Of a stretch of 64,000 bases of DNA, positions 20,056 through 30,642 are shown one piece after another. Position 1 is the first letter of the stretch. The number at the start of each line of letters is the position of its first letter. The notes beneath the pieces were generated by a model. It was not told the DNA's origin. It did not search any database and saw only the letters and a program-made list of their open reading frames with translations. The DNA comes from Bdellovibrionota bacterium (GTDB lineage Bacteria; Bdellovibrionota_C; UBA2361; OMII01), in assembly GCA_044345405.1 (NCBI GenBank), contig JBIJBE010000001.1, positions 96,001-160,000 on the forward strand, given 5' to 3'. Both the position numbers and the translations under genes were made by a program.

Positions 20056-21327
20056 CTAGGCCACCAGCACTCCAATGAGCTCCGCGTGATAGGTCTGCGG
20101 GAACATATCGAGCATCTTCACGCTTTCGAGTTTGTAACCCCGTTCAACCAACACCTGCACATCGCGGGCAAACGTCGGAGGATAGCAGCTTACGTAGACC
20201 AGCTTCGTTGATACCGATGGCGAGAGACGCTGACAAACCTCAAGAGCACCGCTTCGAGGGGGATCGAGTACGACGGTTGCGTCAGGAGTGTGCGCGTCGA
20301 TCCACTTCTCACACCCTTGGTGGTGGAAGGTGAGCGCGGCTCCGAGATCGGCGGCGGCGGATCGTGTTTGTCCGAACTCAACGAGGTGCCGATCGAGCTC
20401 CACCGCGGTGACGATGTGACCAGCTTGCGCGAGCGGAATGGAGATATTCCCGGCGCCGGCGTACAGGTCGGTCACCCGCTCAGTAGTGACGTGCTGTTTG
20501 ATGTAGTCGATCATGAGGTCGTTCGCGGCGCGATTGTTCTGCGAGAAGTGCCCAACAGGTGGGGCATCGAGCGACCGCCCTTCAGCTTTGAAGATCGGTT
20601 TATGACGATAGTTTACCTGAACGTTCGGTACCCGTTTGAGGAGCTCTTGAAACGCCACTTTGGGCGCGAGGGTCGTCATCGCTTTGTCGTTTCGTGGGTG
20701 AACCTCAAGAGCGATGAAGATCCCTTCATCGTGATCCTCAATCGTCACCGTCTCACACTCAGGGGCGCAATGACGGAAGAGTTCGAGGTTCTCCTTGAGG
20801 CAGTTGTTGATCGCTTCCGTTGAGATCGGACAGTGATCGATCTCAACGATTGAGCGGGCGTGCTTTCGATAGAGACCGAACTCGCCCTTCTTATTGATGT
20901 GGAACGACATGCGACGTCGATAGGTGAGTCCGGGGAGGTCATCACCAAGCACCTGAACATCTCCAGGAACCTCGATGCCTCCGTGAACACGAAGAAGATC
21001 GGCGACCATCTGCGACTTGAGGCTCCGTTGCTTCGGGAGGTTGATGTGCTGGAGGTCGCATCCACCGCACTGACCAAAGGCGGGGCAGGGGGGCGTTATA
21101 CGCTCGGACGAGGGGTTCGCGACGGAGATAAGCGCCCCGTTGACGAAGCTTTTTTTGTTGAGGGTGATGTTCGCGATAACGTTCTCGCCAGGAGCGGTAT
21201 AGGGGATAAACGCCTTCTTGCCCGCGTGCTTCTCTGGAGCTGTGATAGTACCCACGAAGCTCCCTCCTGAAGCGAGGCTTGAGATGGAAACGGCGATCTC
21301 TTCGGGGGCTTTGGTGTCTGAATTCAT
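20056..21327 (-). CDS. rlmD: TRAM-domain 23S rRNA m5U methyltransferase (RlmD/TrmA family)
   Basis: CPAFGQCGGC Fe-S motif, DLYAGAG, LDPPRSG, YVSC, DMFPQT. Confidence 0.85.
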   Translation of the reverse strand: MNSDTKAPEEIAVSISSLASGGSFVGTITAPEKHAGKKAFIPYTAPGENVIANITLNKKSFVNGALISVANPSSERITPPCPAFGQCGGCDLQHINLPKQRSLKSQMVADLLRVHGGIEVPGDVQVLGDDLPGLTYRRRMSFHINKKGEFGLYRKHARSIVEIDHCPISTEAINNCLKENLELFRHCAPECETVTIEDHDEGIFIALEVHPRNDKAMTTLAPKVAFQELLKRVPNVQVNYRHKPIFKAEGRSLDAPPVGHFSQNNRAANDLMIDYIKQHVTTERVTDLYAGAGNISIPLAQAGHIVTAVELDRHLVEFGQTRSAAADLGAALTFHHQGCEKWIDAHTPDATVVLDPPRSGALEVCQRLSPSVSTKLVYVSCYPPTFARDVQVLVERGYKLESVKMLDMFPQTYHAELIGVLVA

Positions 21328-21444
21328 AGGGGCAGAGGGTACCATTCCTCAGGATTGGAGGCAAAATTGGCGCCATGCCTCTATGCTGAGTGCGATTTCA
21401 CGCAGATACCACCGTGAGAGCTCACGGATGGACGCAGAGCTCGA

Positions 21445-24297
21445 TTAGTTTACCGCGCGCTTCTGAAAGATTCTGAGATCGTTTCCGTATGCCCCTAGGA
21501 ATCCGTCCGCGAAGAACTTAGGCATGATAACACCATTTAACGGAGCTCCCTTCTCGTCGAAGAAGAATTCGGTCGACCCCGTTGTTGGATCGAAGAGTCG
21601 TTCCCCTGAACTTGAATACACCTTCGGTGTCCAGTTGCGATCAGAGGACCAGATGTAGATGTTGCCTCGATCGTCCGCCGACATTCCCATGTTGAACATG
21701 AGTGCGCCAACTATCTTGCCTGTGGTTCCCGTGATGATATTTCGATAATAGGTTCCGACCGTCGTCCCGACGTAGAGGGTGTCTCCGATCCAAACGAGAC
21801 CGGTGACGGCTTGGTCCTTAACCACCCAGGTCGTGGTTTCAACCTTCTCTCCTTTGGTGATGAAGATCCTTCCGTCGGCGCACAGCGTGGCGACTCTATC
21901 TCCTTGCTGGTCGAAGTCGGTCACTGGACAGCCGAAGTCGTGCAGTTGCTTCTCCGTTGTTCCAACTAAGGAGAAAATTTTAGCTCCTGAACGCAACATG
22001 AGGAGGGGAGTTCCCGCACGACCTAGTTTGACGAAATCTCCAATTTGAAAGTCCAAGATCTGCTTCGTCGTGTTCGAGGCGCGGTCGAAGGAAAATATCC
22101 CCTTCATAAAGGAAAGAATCGTCTCGTTGCCGTTCCGGGCACTAATTGAGCGTAGGGGATCGAGGTCTCGTTGAGGAAAGGACTCCCTCGCCTCATAGAC
22201 AAACGAGGCGGGCTTACCTGAATCACCCAGGTTTTGATTTGCCCACGCGTTAGCGTCTGGGGGCGAGAATCCCCACAGCAGCTCTCGGATAGGGCTTGCG
22301 GCTCCGTCTTTCGTTTTGGCGAACAGTTTCAGCTCCGCCGCCTTGTGTTGCGCGACGATCCGAACCGGGTGGAGTCCAGCGCCGAGAAAGGCGAAATGCC
22401 TCTTGGCGCTCTGATCAGAGCATGACATCACCTCGATAGTTCTATCGTCGACGATCAGCTGTGGCCTTACGTTGTCCTCAGAGCAGAAGGAATGCACCAC
22501 ATCCTGAGCTACGCCGAGAAAGCCTCGGGATTCGATCTCATTACCCACCGGGGTCGCAGGAGCCTCTTTAAGGCTAAAAACATCTGAGACCGGTATGCTG
22601 ACTCGAAGTGCCCGCGGGGCAAGATTCTCGGGATGTTGATCGTGTGGAGGAGGTACAGGAAGGGAGTGTACAACGAGGTTGGGGTAGAGCTTTCTGAGGG
22701 TGGTATCGATAAGGCGTTGAGAGCCCTCGGAAGGGATGAGGTAGAGCTCCGCACCTTGGGTGCCCTGAACGGCGCTGGGTTCGAACCAAGGCACGTCGGG
22801 ATTAAATACATGCAGTTTTCTGACGAACGCGTACTCGGGGAAGCCTTGGTCACACAACGTCCACAAACTCTCTCCGAATTCCCGTCTTGGTATCCACACG
22901 GAGTGAGTAGAGGTCAGCGCCCGCATCTCGTCCCGCAAATGTGTCGCTGGATTCGCGTAGGGGCTGAAGAAGGTGTAGGTCGGTCGAACTAGCGACACCA
23001 TATAGTTGGTAACCGCCTGCTCACCGAGGAGAGCGATAGGGGCAAGGCCGAGAAAGAGCGCTCTACCCCCTCCAAAGGCGGCTATCAGCGTCTGACCACT
23101 TCTCACGAGACCTTGTCCCGCGAGGCAGTACACGCTGAAGAGGAGACCCGTCATGTACATGTCATGCGCCCAGGTAACCATGATCCCAACGAAGAATAAG
23201 GTGAAGTTGATAACCAGCAACGCGGATGGGATCGACGACCTAAATCGTCGCACCGCCCCGAAGAGGCCAACCAGAAACAGAAACGCGACGGGTGCGGTCA
23301 CGAAGGAGGTTCCGTATTTGCTTGTTGAAGAGGAGAGGGCCCAGAGCAAAAACTCAAGGTTACGGACCACCTTGTGGAGAAAGACGTTGTCTCCGTAATC
23401 GAGTTTCGACTTTATATATCCGGAGGCGCCGAGCTCCGGTATCAATACGTACAGAACCGGTAAGGCCAGGCACGTGGCGAGAAAGGATGCCGTGAAGAGG
23501 GGGCCAAGGTATCGCCGAGCTTGGTCTCGGTGAAACGCCACAAGGTAGACGAGGAATACCGCCCAGGTGCCGCCCAAGACGTAACATCCCCAGTATGCGT
23601 GGAGGCCAAGAATGAATCCGATCGCGGCCACGACCGCTCCGAGGTAGCGATGTGAGCGCTTGATCCCCGTTGCCGCGACGATGAGTCCAAAAAGGGTGAT
23701 ACTTTCACAAAACGGGAGGAGGAACTTTTGCATCAGAAATCGCGAGATCCAGATGTGCCATGGCGATGTGGCCATAAGCCCGATACCGATCCATGCCGCT
23801 TTCGAGCCAACGGCGCTCAGTGCGCGAATCGCGAAGAAAGACGTGATAAGTGTGAGGAAGCTCACAACGGCTGTGGCGGCCCGGAAGCCCCACTCCCAAT
23901 CTGAAGAGAGGAGCATGCCGAGCGCACCTATGTACGCATACAACGTATGCATGTACCCGACATACGGTGTATACCAGAATCCCTCGGTGAGAAATCGTGC
24001 TGAGAGGCTTGTGAAGAGTGGCGTTTCCGCCATATCCGCGCCACTCGGAACGGTATCGAGGTAGCTGAAGCGGTAGGCGAGCCCAAGAGCAAACGCAAGC
24101 ACCAAGCCAATTGTAGAGAGCGAGGAGCGGCGCTCTCCCTCAAGGGGAGAGGAAGCGGACCACGGCCCCCCGAGCAGTATCGCCACCGCGAGAGGGATCG
24201 CTACCATCCATAAAGGCTGCTCTGAGAGTTTGGGAAGGATCCAGATGCTAGCGCCGATACCGCCACATAATAGCAGTCCGAGGAGTTTCTTAACCAT
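21445..24297 (-). CDS. GT-C (ArnT/PMT, GT39-like) membrane glycosyltransferase with large extracytoplasmic domains
   Basis: Many TM segments, PSGADMAE acidic loop, SPWHIWISR, PA14-like GLHPVRI, beta-rich C-terminus. Confidence 0.7.
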   Translation of the reverse strand: MVKKLLGLLLCGGIGASIWILPKLSEQPLWMVAIPLAVAILLGGPWSASSPLEGERRSSLSTIGLVLAFALGLAYRFSYLDTVPSGADMAETPLFTSLSARFLTEGFWYTPYVGYMHTLYAYIGALGMLLSSDWEWGFRAATAVVSFLTLITSFFAIRALSAVGSKAAWIGIGLMATSPWHIWISRFLMQKFLLPFCESITLFGLIVAATGIKRSHRYLGAVVAAIGFILGLHAYWGCYVLGGTWAVFLVYLVAFHRDQARRYLGPLFTASFLATCLALPVLYVLIPELGASGYIKSKLDYGDNVFLHKVVRNLEFLLWALSSSTSKYGTSFVTAPVAFLFLVGLFGAVRRFRSSIPSALLVINFTLFFVGIMVTWAHDMYMTGLLFSVYCLAGQGLVRSGQTLIAAFGGGRALFLGLAPIALLGEQAVTNYMVSLVRPTYTFFSPYANPATHLRDEMRALTSTHSVWIPRREFGESLWTLCDQGFPEYAFVRKLHVFNPDVPWFEPSAVQGTQGAELYLIPSEGSQRLIDTTLRKLYPNLVVHSLPVPPPHDQHPENLAPRALRVSIPVSDVFSLKEAPATPVGNEIESRGFLGVAQDVVHSFCSEDNVRPQLIVDDRTIEVMSCSDQSAKRHFAFLGAGLHPVRIVAQHKAAELKLFAKTKDGAASPIRELLWGFSPPDANAWANQNLGDSGKPASFVYEARESFPQRDLDPLRSISARNGNETILSFMKGIFSFDRASNTTKQILDFQIGDFVKLGRAGTPLLMLRSGAKIFSLVGTTEKQLHDFGCPVTDFDQQGDRVATLCADGRIFITKGEKVETTTWVVKDQAVTGLVWIGDTLYVGTTVGTYYRNIITGTTGKIVGALMFNMGMSADDRGNIYIWSSDRNWTPKVYSSSGERLFDPTTGSTEFFFDEKGAPLNGVIMPKFFADGFLGAYGNDLRIFQKRAVN

Positions 24298-24554
24298 AGT
24301 AGTACCTGTCAGAGGAGAACCTCTCTTCCCCAAACATACGCAGTAGTGAGGGGAAGGAGAGCCACCCTGGCAAGGGGAGGATGTGTCCTTGTGCGCTCGT
24401 GCCGATCGGCCCCACGTATCGAGTTTAGTATAAAAGTAAGGCGCGAGCTATCCGCTCTTATCAGGAGCGGGGCTTGGTAGAACGTTTTTTCGCGCCGGAT
24501 GTGCCGTGCGGTCCTATCCCGTACTCGCAGCCCTTATGGTCGGGCCCCTGAGCC

Positions 24555-27035
24555 TTACTTTTTCAGCATAGCGCCGAGATTCGCGAAGGGGTTATTTCCG
24601 ATACTTTGAGAGTGGCCGCTTCCACCGAAGGAGTGCGACGACTTCGAAGCGCCGTTGCGGGGGCGGGGTCCGTTCCCTTGACCGTATCCGCCTCGGGTTT
24701 CCCCAGGGGATTGCGAGGGCGGTCGGATCTCACCACTTTTCATCGTCAACGCGATCTGTCGCTTCTCAAGGCTCACCTCAAGCACGCGAACCTGTACCTT
24801 ATCGCCCGGGTTCACCACCGCGCGAGGGTCCTTCACAAATGAATCGCTGAGTTGTGAGATATGCACGAGTCCGTCCTGATGCACACCAATATCAACGAAC
24901 GCGCCGAAATTGGTAACGTTCGTTACGACGCCGGTACACACCATCCCCGGTTTAAGGTCGGAGAGCTCGTGAATGTCCTCGCGGTACTTCACGTACTCAA
25001 ACTCGGAGCGGGGGTCGCGTCCTGGCTTCTCAAGCTCTTGGATGATGTCGTTGAAGGTGAAGTCACCGAGTGTCTTTTTTAGTTGCGAATCGCTCTTCAA
25101 CGCGGCGACCCCTTTTCCGAGAAGGTCGGTGAGTGTTTTTTCGCTCTGTGACGCGAACGCTTCGAGCGCTTTGTACCGCTCAGGATGTACCCCTGTATTG
25201 TCGAGTGGGTTTACGCCGTTCGGAATTCGCAGGAATCCAGCCGCTTGTTCAAAGGCCCGGTCTCCGAAGTACGGAACCTTCATCAAGTCTTCACGGGAGG
25301 TGAAGAGCCCCGAAGTAGCTCGGTACTCGACGATCGATCGCGCTAAGGATGGACCGATACCGGAAACGTACGCCAAAAGATGTCTCGACGCCGTGTTTAC
25401 GTTCACACCAACGGTGTTCACGCACGATTCAACCACACGCTCGAGCGCGCTCTTGAGCGCGTACTGCGACACGTCGTGCTGGTACTGTCCTACGCCGATG
25501 CTCTTCGGATCGACCTTCACAAGCTCCGCGAGCGGGTCCTGAAGACGGCGAGCGATAGAGATAGCCCCTCGTACCGTGACGTCGAGCTCCGGGAACTCCT
25601 CCCGAGCTACCTCGCTCGCGCTGTAGATACTCGCCCCTGATTCACTCACCATAACAACCGGGATCTTAAGGTTCATCTTGGTGACGGTGTCCCGCAAGAA
25701 CTTCTCCGTTTCGCGAGCGGCGGTGCCGTTACCAACCGCGATCGCTTCAACGTTACCCTTCTCAAGTACCGATTTGAGTTGATTGTAGGACTGCGCCTGT
25801 TGCTCTGGAGTGAGGAGGTGGATAACGCCGCTTGCGAGGAATCCACCCGATGAGTTGATAAGCGCGAGTTTGCATCCCGTTCGGAGTCCAGGGTCAACGC
25901 CAAGAACGCACTTGGTCCCAAGTGGCGCCGCGAGGAGCACCTTTCGAACGTTTTCGCTGAACACCTCGATCGCCGCGGTGTCGGCGATCTCACGAAGCGA
26001 TGAATGGATCTCGTTCTCGATAGAGAGAAGCGTGTACACCCGCAGCGCCATCCGCGCCGCCATGAGGAGCTGCTTCTCGCCGGGAGTTCCCTTCGTTGGA
26101 CAGGCGTGAGCTTGGTACATCGCTAAGAGCTGTGCCATGAGCGCCTCGTTCTGAGGAGCGCTTCCGATTGAGAGCGTAAGCTCACCCTCTGCCTCTCCTC
26201 GACGAATGGCGAGGTAGCGATGGGTATTCTCTCGCTTCATCAGCGCGGAGATCGGCTCGCTGTACTCGAAGTATCGATCAAACTTACTTGGGACCTTCGC
26301 CTTCTCGCCCTTGGTCGACCCGAGGTGCGCGTTCGTGAAGAGTTGGTTTCGGACCTCTTGTCGAAGCTCGGGGACCTCAGAGATCTTTTCGATAAGGATC
26401 GACTCAGCTCCCTGGATAGCTGCGGATGTGTCAGCGATACCGAGTTCCGTGTTTACGAACCCTTGCGCCTTACCATCCAAGGTGTCTTGAGGAGCCCACG
26501 GAGTGCCGTGCGCGCAATCCCAGATCCACTGTGCGAGGGGCTCCAGGCCTGCCTCCTTGGCGATAGTCGCTTTTGTTTTTCGCTTACGCTTGTACGGAAG
26601 GTAGAGGTCCTCAAGCACGAGGAGGTCGAAGGTTCCCTCGATCTGCGCTTGGAGCTCAGGCGTTAATTTACCTTGGGCCTCGATCTCCGAGAGGATGAAC
26701 GCTTTGCGCTCAACGATACTCTTCCACCGCGCCACCGCGTCGATGATATTTCCGATAGCGACCTCATCGAGGTTCCCGGTTTGCTCCTTTCGGTACCGAG
26801 CGATGAAGGGAACGGTAGCCTTGTCAGCGGCTAGCCGGATGACGACGAGCGCCGAGCGAAAGGGGATAGCGGGAAATTGGTCCTGGAACCATCTGGCGAA
26901 CTGTGTCGGATCCCCGGCTATCATCTCGTCTGAACTGTTGGCCGAAGGCGCGTCTCCCGTGATGTGTGTTGTGATTCCTGAAGAGTATGAAGTTGCGGGG
27001 GCGATAAGGGACTCTGACCGTACAGCGGATGACAT
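24555..27035 (-). CDS. tex: Tex transcription accessory protein (S1 domain)
   Basis: TVPFIARYRKEQTG, DPGLRTGCK, SIGVGQYQHD, FGAFVDIGVHQDG. Confidence 0.95.
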   Translation of the reverse strand: MSSAVRSESLIAPATSYSSGITTHITGDAPSANSSDEMIAGDPTQFARWFQDQFPAIPFRSALVVIRLAADKATVPFIARYRKEQTGNLDEVAIGNIIDAVARWKSIVERKAFILSEIEAQGKLTPELQAQIEGTFDLLVLEDLYLPYKRKRKTKATIAKEAGLEPLAQWIWDCAHGTPWAPQDTLDGKAQGFVNTELGIADTSAAIQGAESILIEKISEVPELRQEVRNQLFTNAHLGSTKGEKAKVPSKFDRYFEYSEPISALMKRENTHRYLAIRRGEAEGELTLSIGSAPQNEALMAQLLAMYQAHACPTKGTPGEKQLLMAARMALRVYTLLSIENEIHSSLREIADTAAIEVFSENVRKVLLAAPLGTKCVLGVDPGLRTGCKLALINSSGGFLASGVIHLLTPEQQAQSYNQLKSVLEKGNVEAIAVGNGTAARETEKFLRDTVTKMNLKIPVVMVSESGASIYSASEVAREEFPELDVTVRGAISIARRLQDPLAELVKVDPKSIGVGQYQHDVSQYALKSALERVVESCVNTVGVNVNTASRHLLAYVSGIGPSLARSIVEYRATSGLFTSREDLMKVPYFGDRAFEQAAGFLRIPNGVNPLDNTGVHPERYKALEAFASQSEKTLTDLLGKGVAALKSDSQLKKTLGDFTFNDIIQELEKPGRDPRSEFEYVKYREDIHELSDLKPGMVCTGVVTNVTNFGAFVDIGVHQDGLVHISQLSDSFVKDPRAVVNPGDKVQVRVLEVSLEKRQIALTMKSGEIRPPSQSPGETRGGYGQGNGPRPRNGASKSSHSFGGSGHSQSIGNNPFANLGAMLKK

Positions 27036-27509
27036 GAACGAACTAACTCCTGAGGAACAAACTAGTCGAGCCGCGAACGGGGCGGCCGTTGAGAGAGCGC
27101 GATAGTACTTCGGTTGGCGTCACCGCACTAGCAGCGATCTTAGCGATCTCGTGGCTGGATGGTGTTGGGAGTTCGCGGGTTTACGCGCGGTCTCCCCTCG
27201 TAGATCTAGGTGGTTAGGTCTCCCCGTTTGAGTCGTAAATCACCGCGCTACTACTCTGGTACAGTCCAATAACCAGGGCCAGCGCCCTCCGAAGTAACCC
27301 AATTCACCTGTATGGGTATAAGAATAACCCAGGTGCTGATAATAACGCCCGAGTAGCGGCCCCCATACATTGAAAATCAAGTGAAATGCGGCGTTGCCGA
27401 ACTCGACAGATACTCGAGTGCCTTACGCAGCAGGAGCTCGTATGACTTTTATATGGCGTTGCTCAATCGCGGAATGGGAGGCTTGAAACACCCCGGGGGT
27501 CAAGGGACA

Positions 27510-27617
27510 TTAAGACCCCCCCTGCTTCATAAGGAGAAAGCATTTAGCACATTGATTGATGAAACTCCGGAATGTCTCTAGAAAGGCCCAGCGAAGTTCA
27601 TTCCAGGAGGAGTACAT
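27510..27617 (-). CDS. Candidate 35-aa peptide MYSSWNELRWAFLETFRSFINQCAKCFLLMKQGGS
   Basis: Purine-rich RBS AAGGAGAGAAAGG before ATG; GGGGGTC...GACCCCC hairpin around the stop. Confidence 0.35.
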   Translation of the reverse strand: MYSSWNELRWAFLETFRSFINQCAKCFLLMKQGGS

Positions 27618-27864
27618 GAATACCTTTCTCTCCTTCTTTGCCTCAGACCCGTGCTTACCAGAGGTGTGACTTTTCTTCGCTCGAAGTTGAGCACCGCTCT
27701 GGCGCGTATCGCCCCTGAATTTTGTTATCTCCCGATTCGTCGAGCGCTCGTCTTTTTGTAGAGGACCGGCGATAGTTTGTGGCACGTCGGGGACGTGCCT
27801 GCCGTGTGGATAGCGCGGAGAAGCGAGAATGTGTATGCATTCTTCTCGCTTCTCCTTCAAACCT

Positions 27865-28281
27865 TTACCGCAGAGGTATGTTGAATACGCGGGCACTGCT
27901 CCCCATAATGGATTGAAATGTTCTTTGCGCTTCGACGTTTTCCATTGGTTTTACTTGGTTTCCAGTTTCGGCGCCGGAAAAATGCGACCATGCCGTTACA
28001 AGTGTTCCTTGGCCGTCAATAAAAAAGAGGTCCCTTTGGCTCCAATAGCTTCCATCTTGATAAGCCTTAACGATGAAAGCGACCTGATGGTCTTTTGCTA
28101 TATCTTTCAGAGTCTCCGGAGTTAAAAAAAACGATCCTGCGCCTATAGTTGGGTCGACTATTGAAACTTTATGTCGTCCTAGTTGGATCGGTTCGGATTG
28201 CTGTGCTAGCGCCGTAATAATGGCTTGGACTTTATCGGCTGCGATAGTTTGGGATTGATGTGGGCTCCGTATACTAGACAA
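27865..28281 (-). CDS. Hypothetical protein
   Basis: 138-aa ORF with globular-like composition in a more AT-rich segment; TTG start. Confidence 0.5.
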   Translation of the reverse strand: MSSIRSPHQSQTIAADKVQAIITALAQQSEPIQLGRHKVSIVDPTIGAGSFFLTPETLKDIAKDHQVAFIVKAYQDGSYWSQRDLFFIDGQGTLVTAWSHFSGAETGNQVKPMENVEAQRTFQSIMGSSARVFNIPLR

Positions 28282-28655
28282 GCAGAGGATAGGAGAAAAG
28301 TGTGCTTCGCAAGCCGGAGCGGTAGGGTTCTACTAAAAGTGGAAACAAGCGAGGGCTGTTTTGAGTAGCTCGGGGGCGATGGTACCTTTGTAGGGCAAGT
28401 ACATCGTCGGCCTGGGTAGAAGAATAGGTGAAATGTTACGTCACATGAGGGCAATCCTCACGCGACGTAACAAACGTAATGCGTAAGGTTTTGTGTAATA
28501 AACGCTTCGTCTCTTCTACGTGAGACCATTGAGCAGATGCTTCGTGCCCGCACAGTGACCGTGTGGGTTGGAAGCATCTGTTCAAATATTCGCAGCCAGC
28601 TGATGGAACGTACTCCATCGGGGTGAGCGGATAGTTCTCGTAGAGAAAGGTCAAA

Positions 28656-29069
28656 ATGATGATGAGAAAATGCGAGTCGTTTCATATCGAGCTTGCCTCG
28701 AAGGGCAAGGCGGTCGAAACCCGTGCGTGTGTCATCAATGTGCGGGGCAATCCCGAAGATACAGGGAAGTTCGTCCGACAGCTCGGGCTGCTGGTAGGGG
28801 ATTACCAAAGCAAGGCCGTCGCTGAATGGTTCGTCGGAAGATATCAATCCGGCGAGATCTTGGGATATCGCCAAAGTCGACGAGGAATGATTTGGGCGGT
28901 CTTGGAAGGAGGCAGGTTCCAGGAGACTGAAGCCAGGGCAACAAAGTCCGCTCTGGCCATACTGAGAAGGGGCAAGGTTCCGTGCTTCAAAGTTCTGCCG
29001 AGCAGCGCTCCTTCCTCCGCTGGTGATACTGTGGATGAAGTTTTGCCGCTGCCTGGTGGTCCCTCGTAG
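28656..29069 (+). CDS. Hypothetical protein
   Basis: AGAAAGG RBS, 137-aa ORF; no recognised motif. Confidence 0.55.
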   Translation: MMMRKCESFHIELASKGKAVETRACVINVRGNPEDTGKFVRQLGLLVGDYQSKAVAEWFVGRYQSGEILGYRQSRRGMIWAVLEGGRFQETEARATKSALAILRRGKVPCFKVLPSSAPSSAGDTVDEVLPLPGGPS

Positions 29070-29517
29070 GTACCCCTCGACGGCCTAATTCTCATCGGTG
29101 TGACGAGCACATCAAACGCGAGAGGTTTTTTAGGTATCTAAAAGGATCTTTTCGCCACGTTTGTTCGTCACCCATTTCTTCCAACCACTGATTTTCCGTT
29201 GCATTCAAAAAGGGGGCGATCTTGTCCTATAGAGCTTTAGCGCGCTGTCGCAATCGCTTTTGGCCATGCGAGCGGATAAGCCAGAGTTAGCACGAGCGGG
29301 GAACGGCAATCCCCGAAGGGACCGAAAACACAAATCGTACATCTTTTTGCTTCGGAGCATTCTTCTGCGGCGCATAGTGACTCGTTCATCGAGAGAACCG
29401 CGCCGAAAGTTTCCTCTCGAACACAAAAAAGTTGGCCTGTACCAAAGAGAAGCTTCGAAATGTGCTGGGAGCTGTTGTAATCGCTCACTGCCAGAGGGGG
29501 TCGATATCCTCGTTAAG

Positions 29518-30537
29518 CTAGCCTTGCATTCGTTTTGCCTTCAGCTCTGTGTACTCAAGCGAAAGTAGCTCTTTGAGGTCGCTGGTGGTGTCGCCGCGTA
29601 ACGCGCCGTTCTCGAGAGCGCCAGGATTAGGCTCCGTCCTAAGGAGTCGCTTGAAAAAACTTCCTACGCCCCCATCGCGATGAGGGTTGGTCGCGAGGAG
29701 CTCCTCATTGACCGCGTGATGAAGCGTTTGCAGGTCCTCCCGGGAGATTCGTGGGTGACGGTTTTTGAAATCGGTAATTAGAGGTGTCGTCAAGCGATTT
29801 ACGTACGCGGCCGCTGCCTCAGCTGAGGTCGAGAACTGTCCCGGCTTAATTCCTCCGTCTTTGTAAGCGGCCTCAGCCCATCGCTGAAATTGACCGGTCC
29901 GGAGTTCGGCGGCTTCTCGAGCTCGGTCAGTGGTAGATCGGGTGTCCATGTCAGGGTTATGGGTCCACCCGGTTCGCTTCTCGATCGTTGCCGCTAGTCG
30001 CTCGGATGGGTCGATGGCGGAAACGAGAGCGGTTGCCTTCTCACTTTTGAGCGAAAAGAGCTTTGCTGTCGAGAACGCGAGCCCAACATCACCTAGAAGA
30101 TCCACTCTGAACTCTCGGTCAGCTCCGGATCCCTTTATGGTGAATCCGATCCCCGCAATCATTCCAGGCTCCTGATTCTGTCTATTTCCTTCCTGGGACA
30201 ACGCGCGGTCGATAGAGTTAAATCCTGATCCCTGTCGTGACCGTAAGCCCTCTCGGAGAGACTCTCTGTCGAGATGGGTTTGTTGGCGGGCTATCTCGGT
30301 CGCTGCTCTCTCGTTTGAATAGCTTTCTTGGTGTAGTGCGGGATGAGAGGTGCCGCCTGTGTGCTTTATCGTGCCGTTGGATGAGGTGTGAGCGGAACGC
30401 ATCACCTGAGATCGAAGGTCATCTCGCTTGAACGAAGTAGGGGTGGTTGAGGCTGTCGCTAGTTGGTCGCTCGGACCGCACTGCGATTCGGAAACCGCTT
30501 GTGGAGCGCGGGTCGCTTTGAACTCTTGAGCTGGCAT
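29518..30537 (-). CDS. Hypothetical protein with low-complexity N-terminus
   Basis: 339-aa ORF, GAAGG RBS. Confidence 0.7.
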   Translation of the reverse strand: MPAQEFKATRAPQAVSESQCGPSDQLATASTTPTSFKRDDLRSQVMRSAHTSSNGTIKHTGGTSHPALHQESYSNERAATEIARQQTHLDRESLREGLRSRQGSGFNSIDRALSQEGNRQNQEPGMIAGIGFTIKGSGADREFRVDLLGDVGLAFSTAKLFSLKSEKATALVSAIDPSERLAATIEKRTGWTHNPDMDTRSTTDRAREAAELRTGQFQRWAEAAYKDGGIKPGQFSTSAEAAAAYVNRLTTPLITDFKNRHPRISREDLQTLHHAVNEELLATNPHRDGGVGSFFKRLLRTEPNPGALENGALRGDTTSDLKELLSLEYTELKAKRMQG

Positions 30538-30642
30538 GGGTAACCTTCAAAAAACCTTACAGTAGGTTATGGTGATTGTGAGGAGAGGTGTGGCTTAGAG
30601 CTAAGTTGCCGAATGTTGTGGGGTTTGCCCCGACCTTTCCGC

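Noticed and set aside
27100-30540. Prophage or integrated island
   Set aside because: Orphan-rich, but no integrase, att repeat, tRNA or phage gene was recognised.
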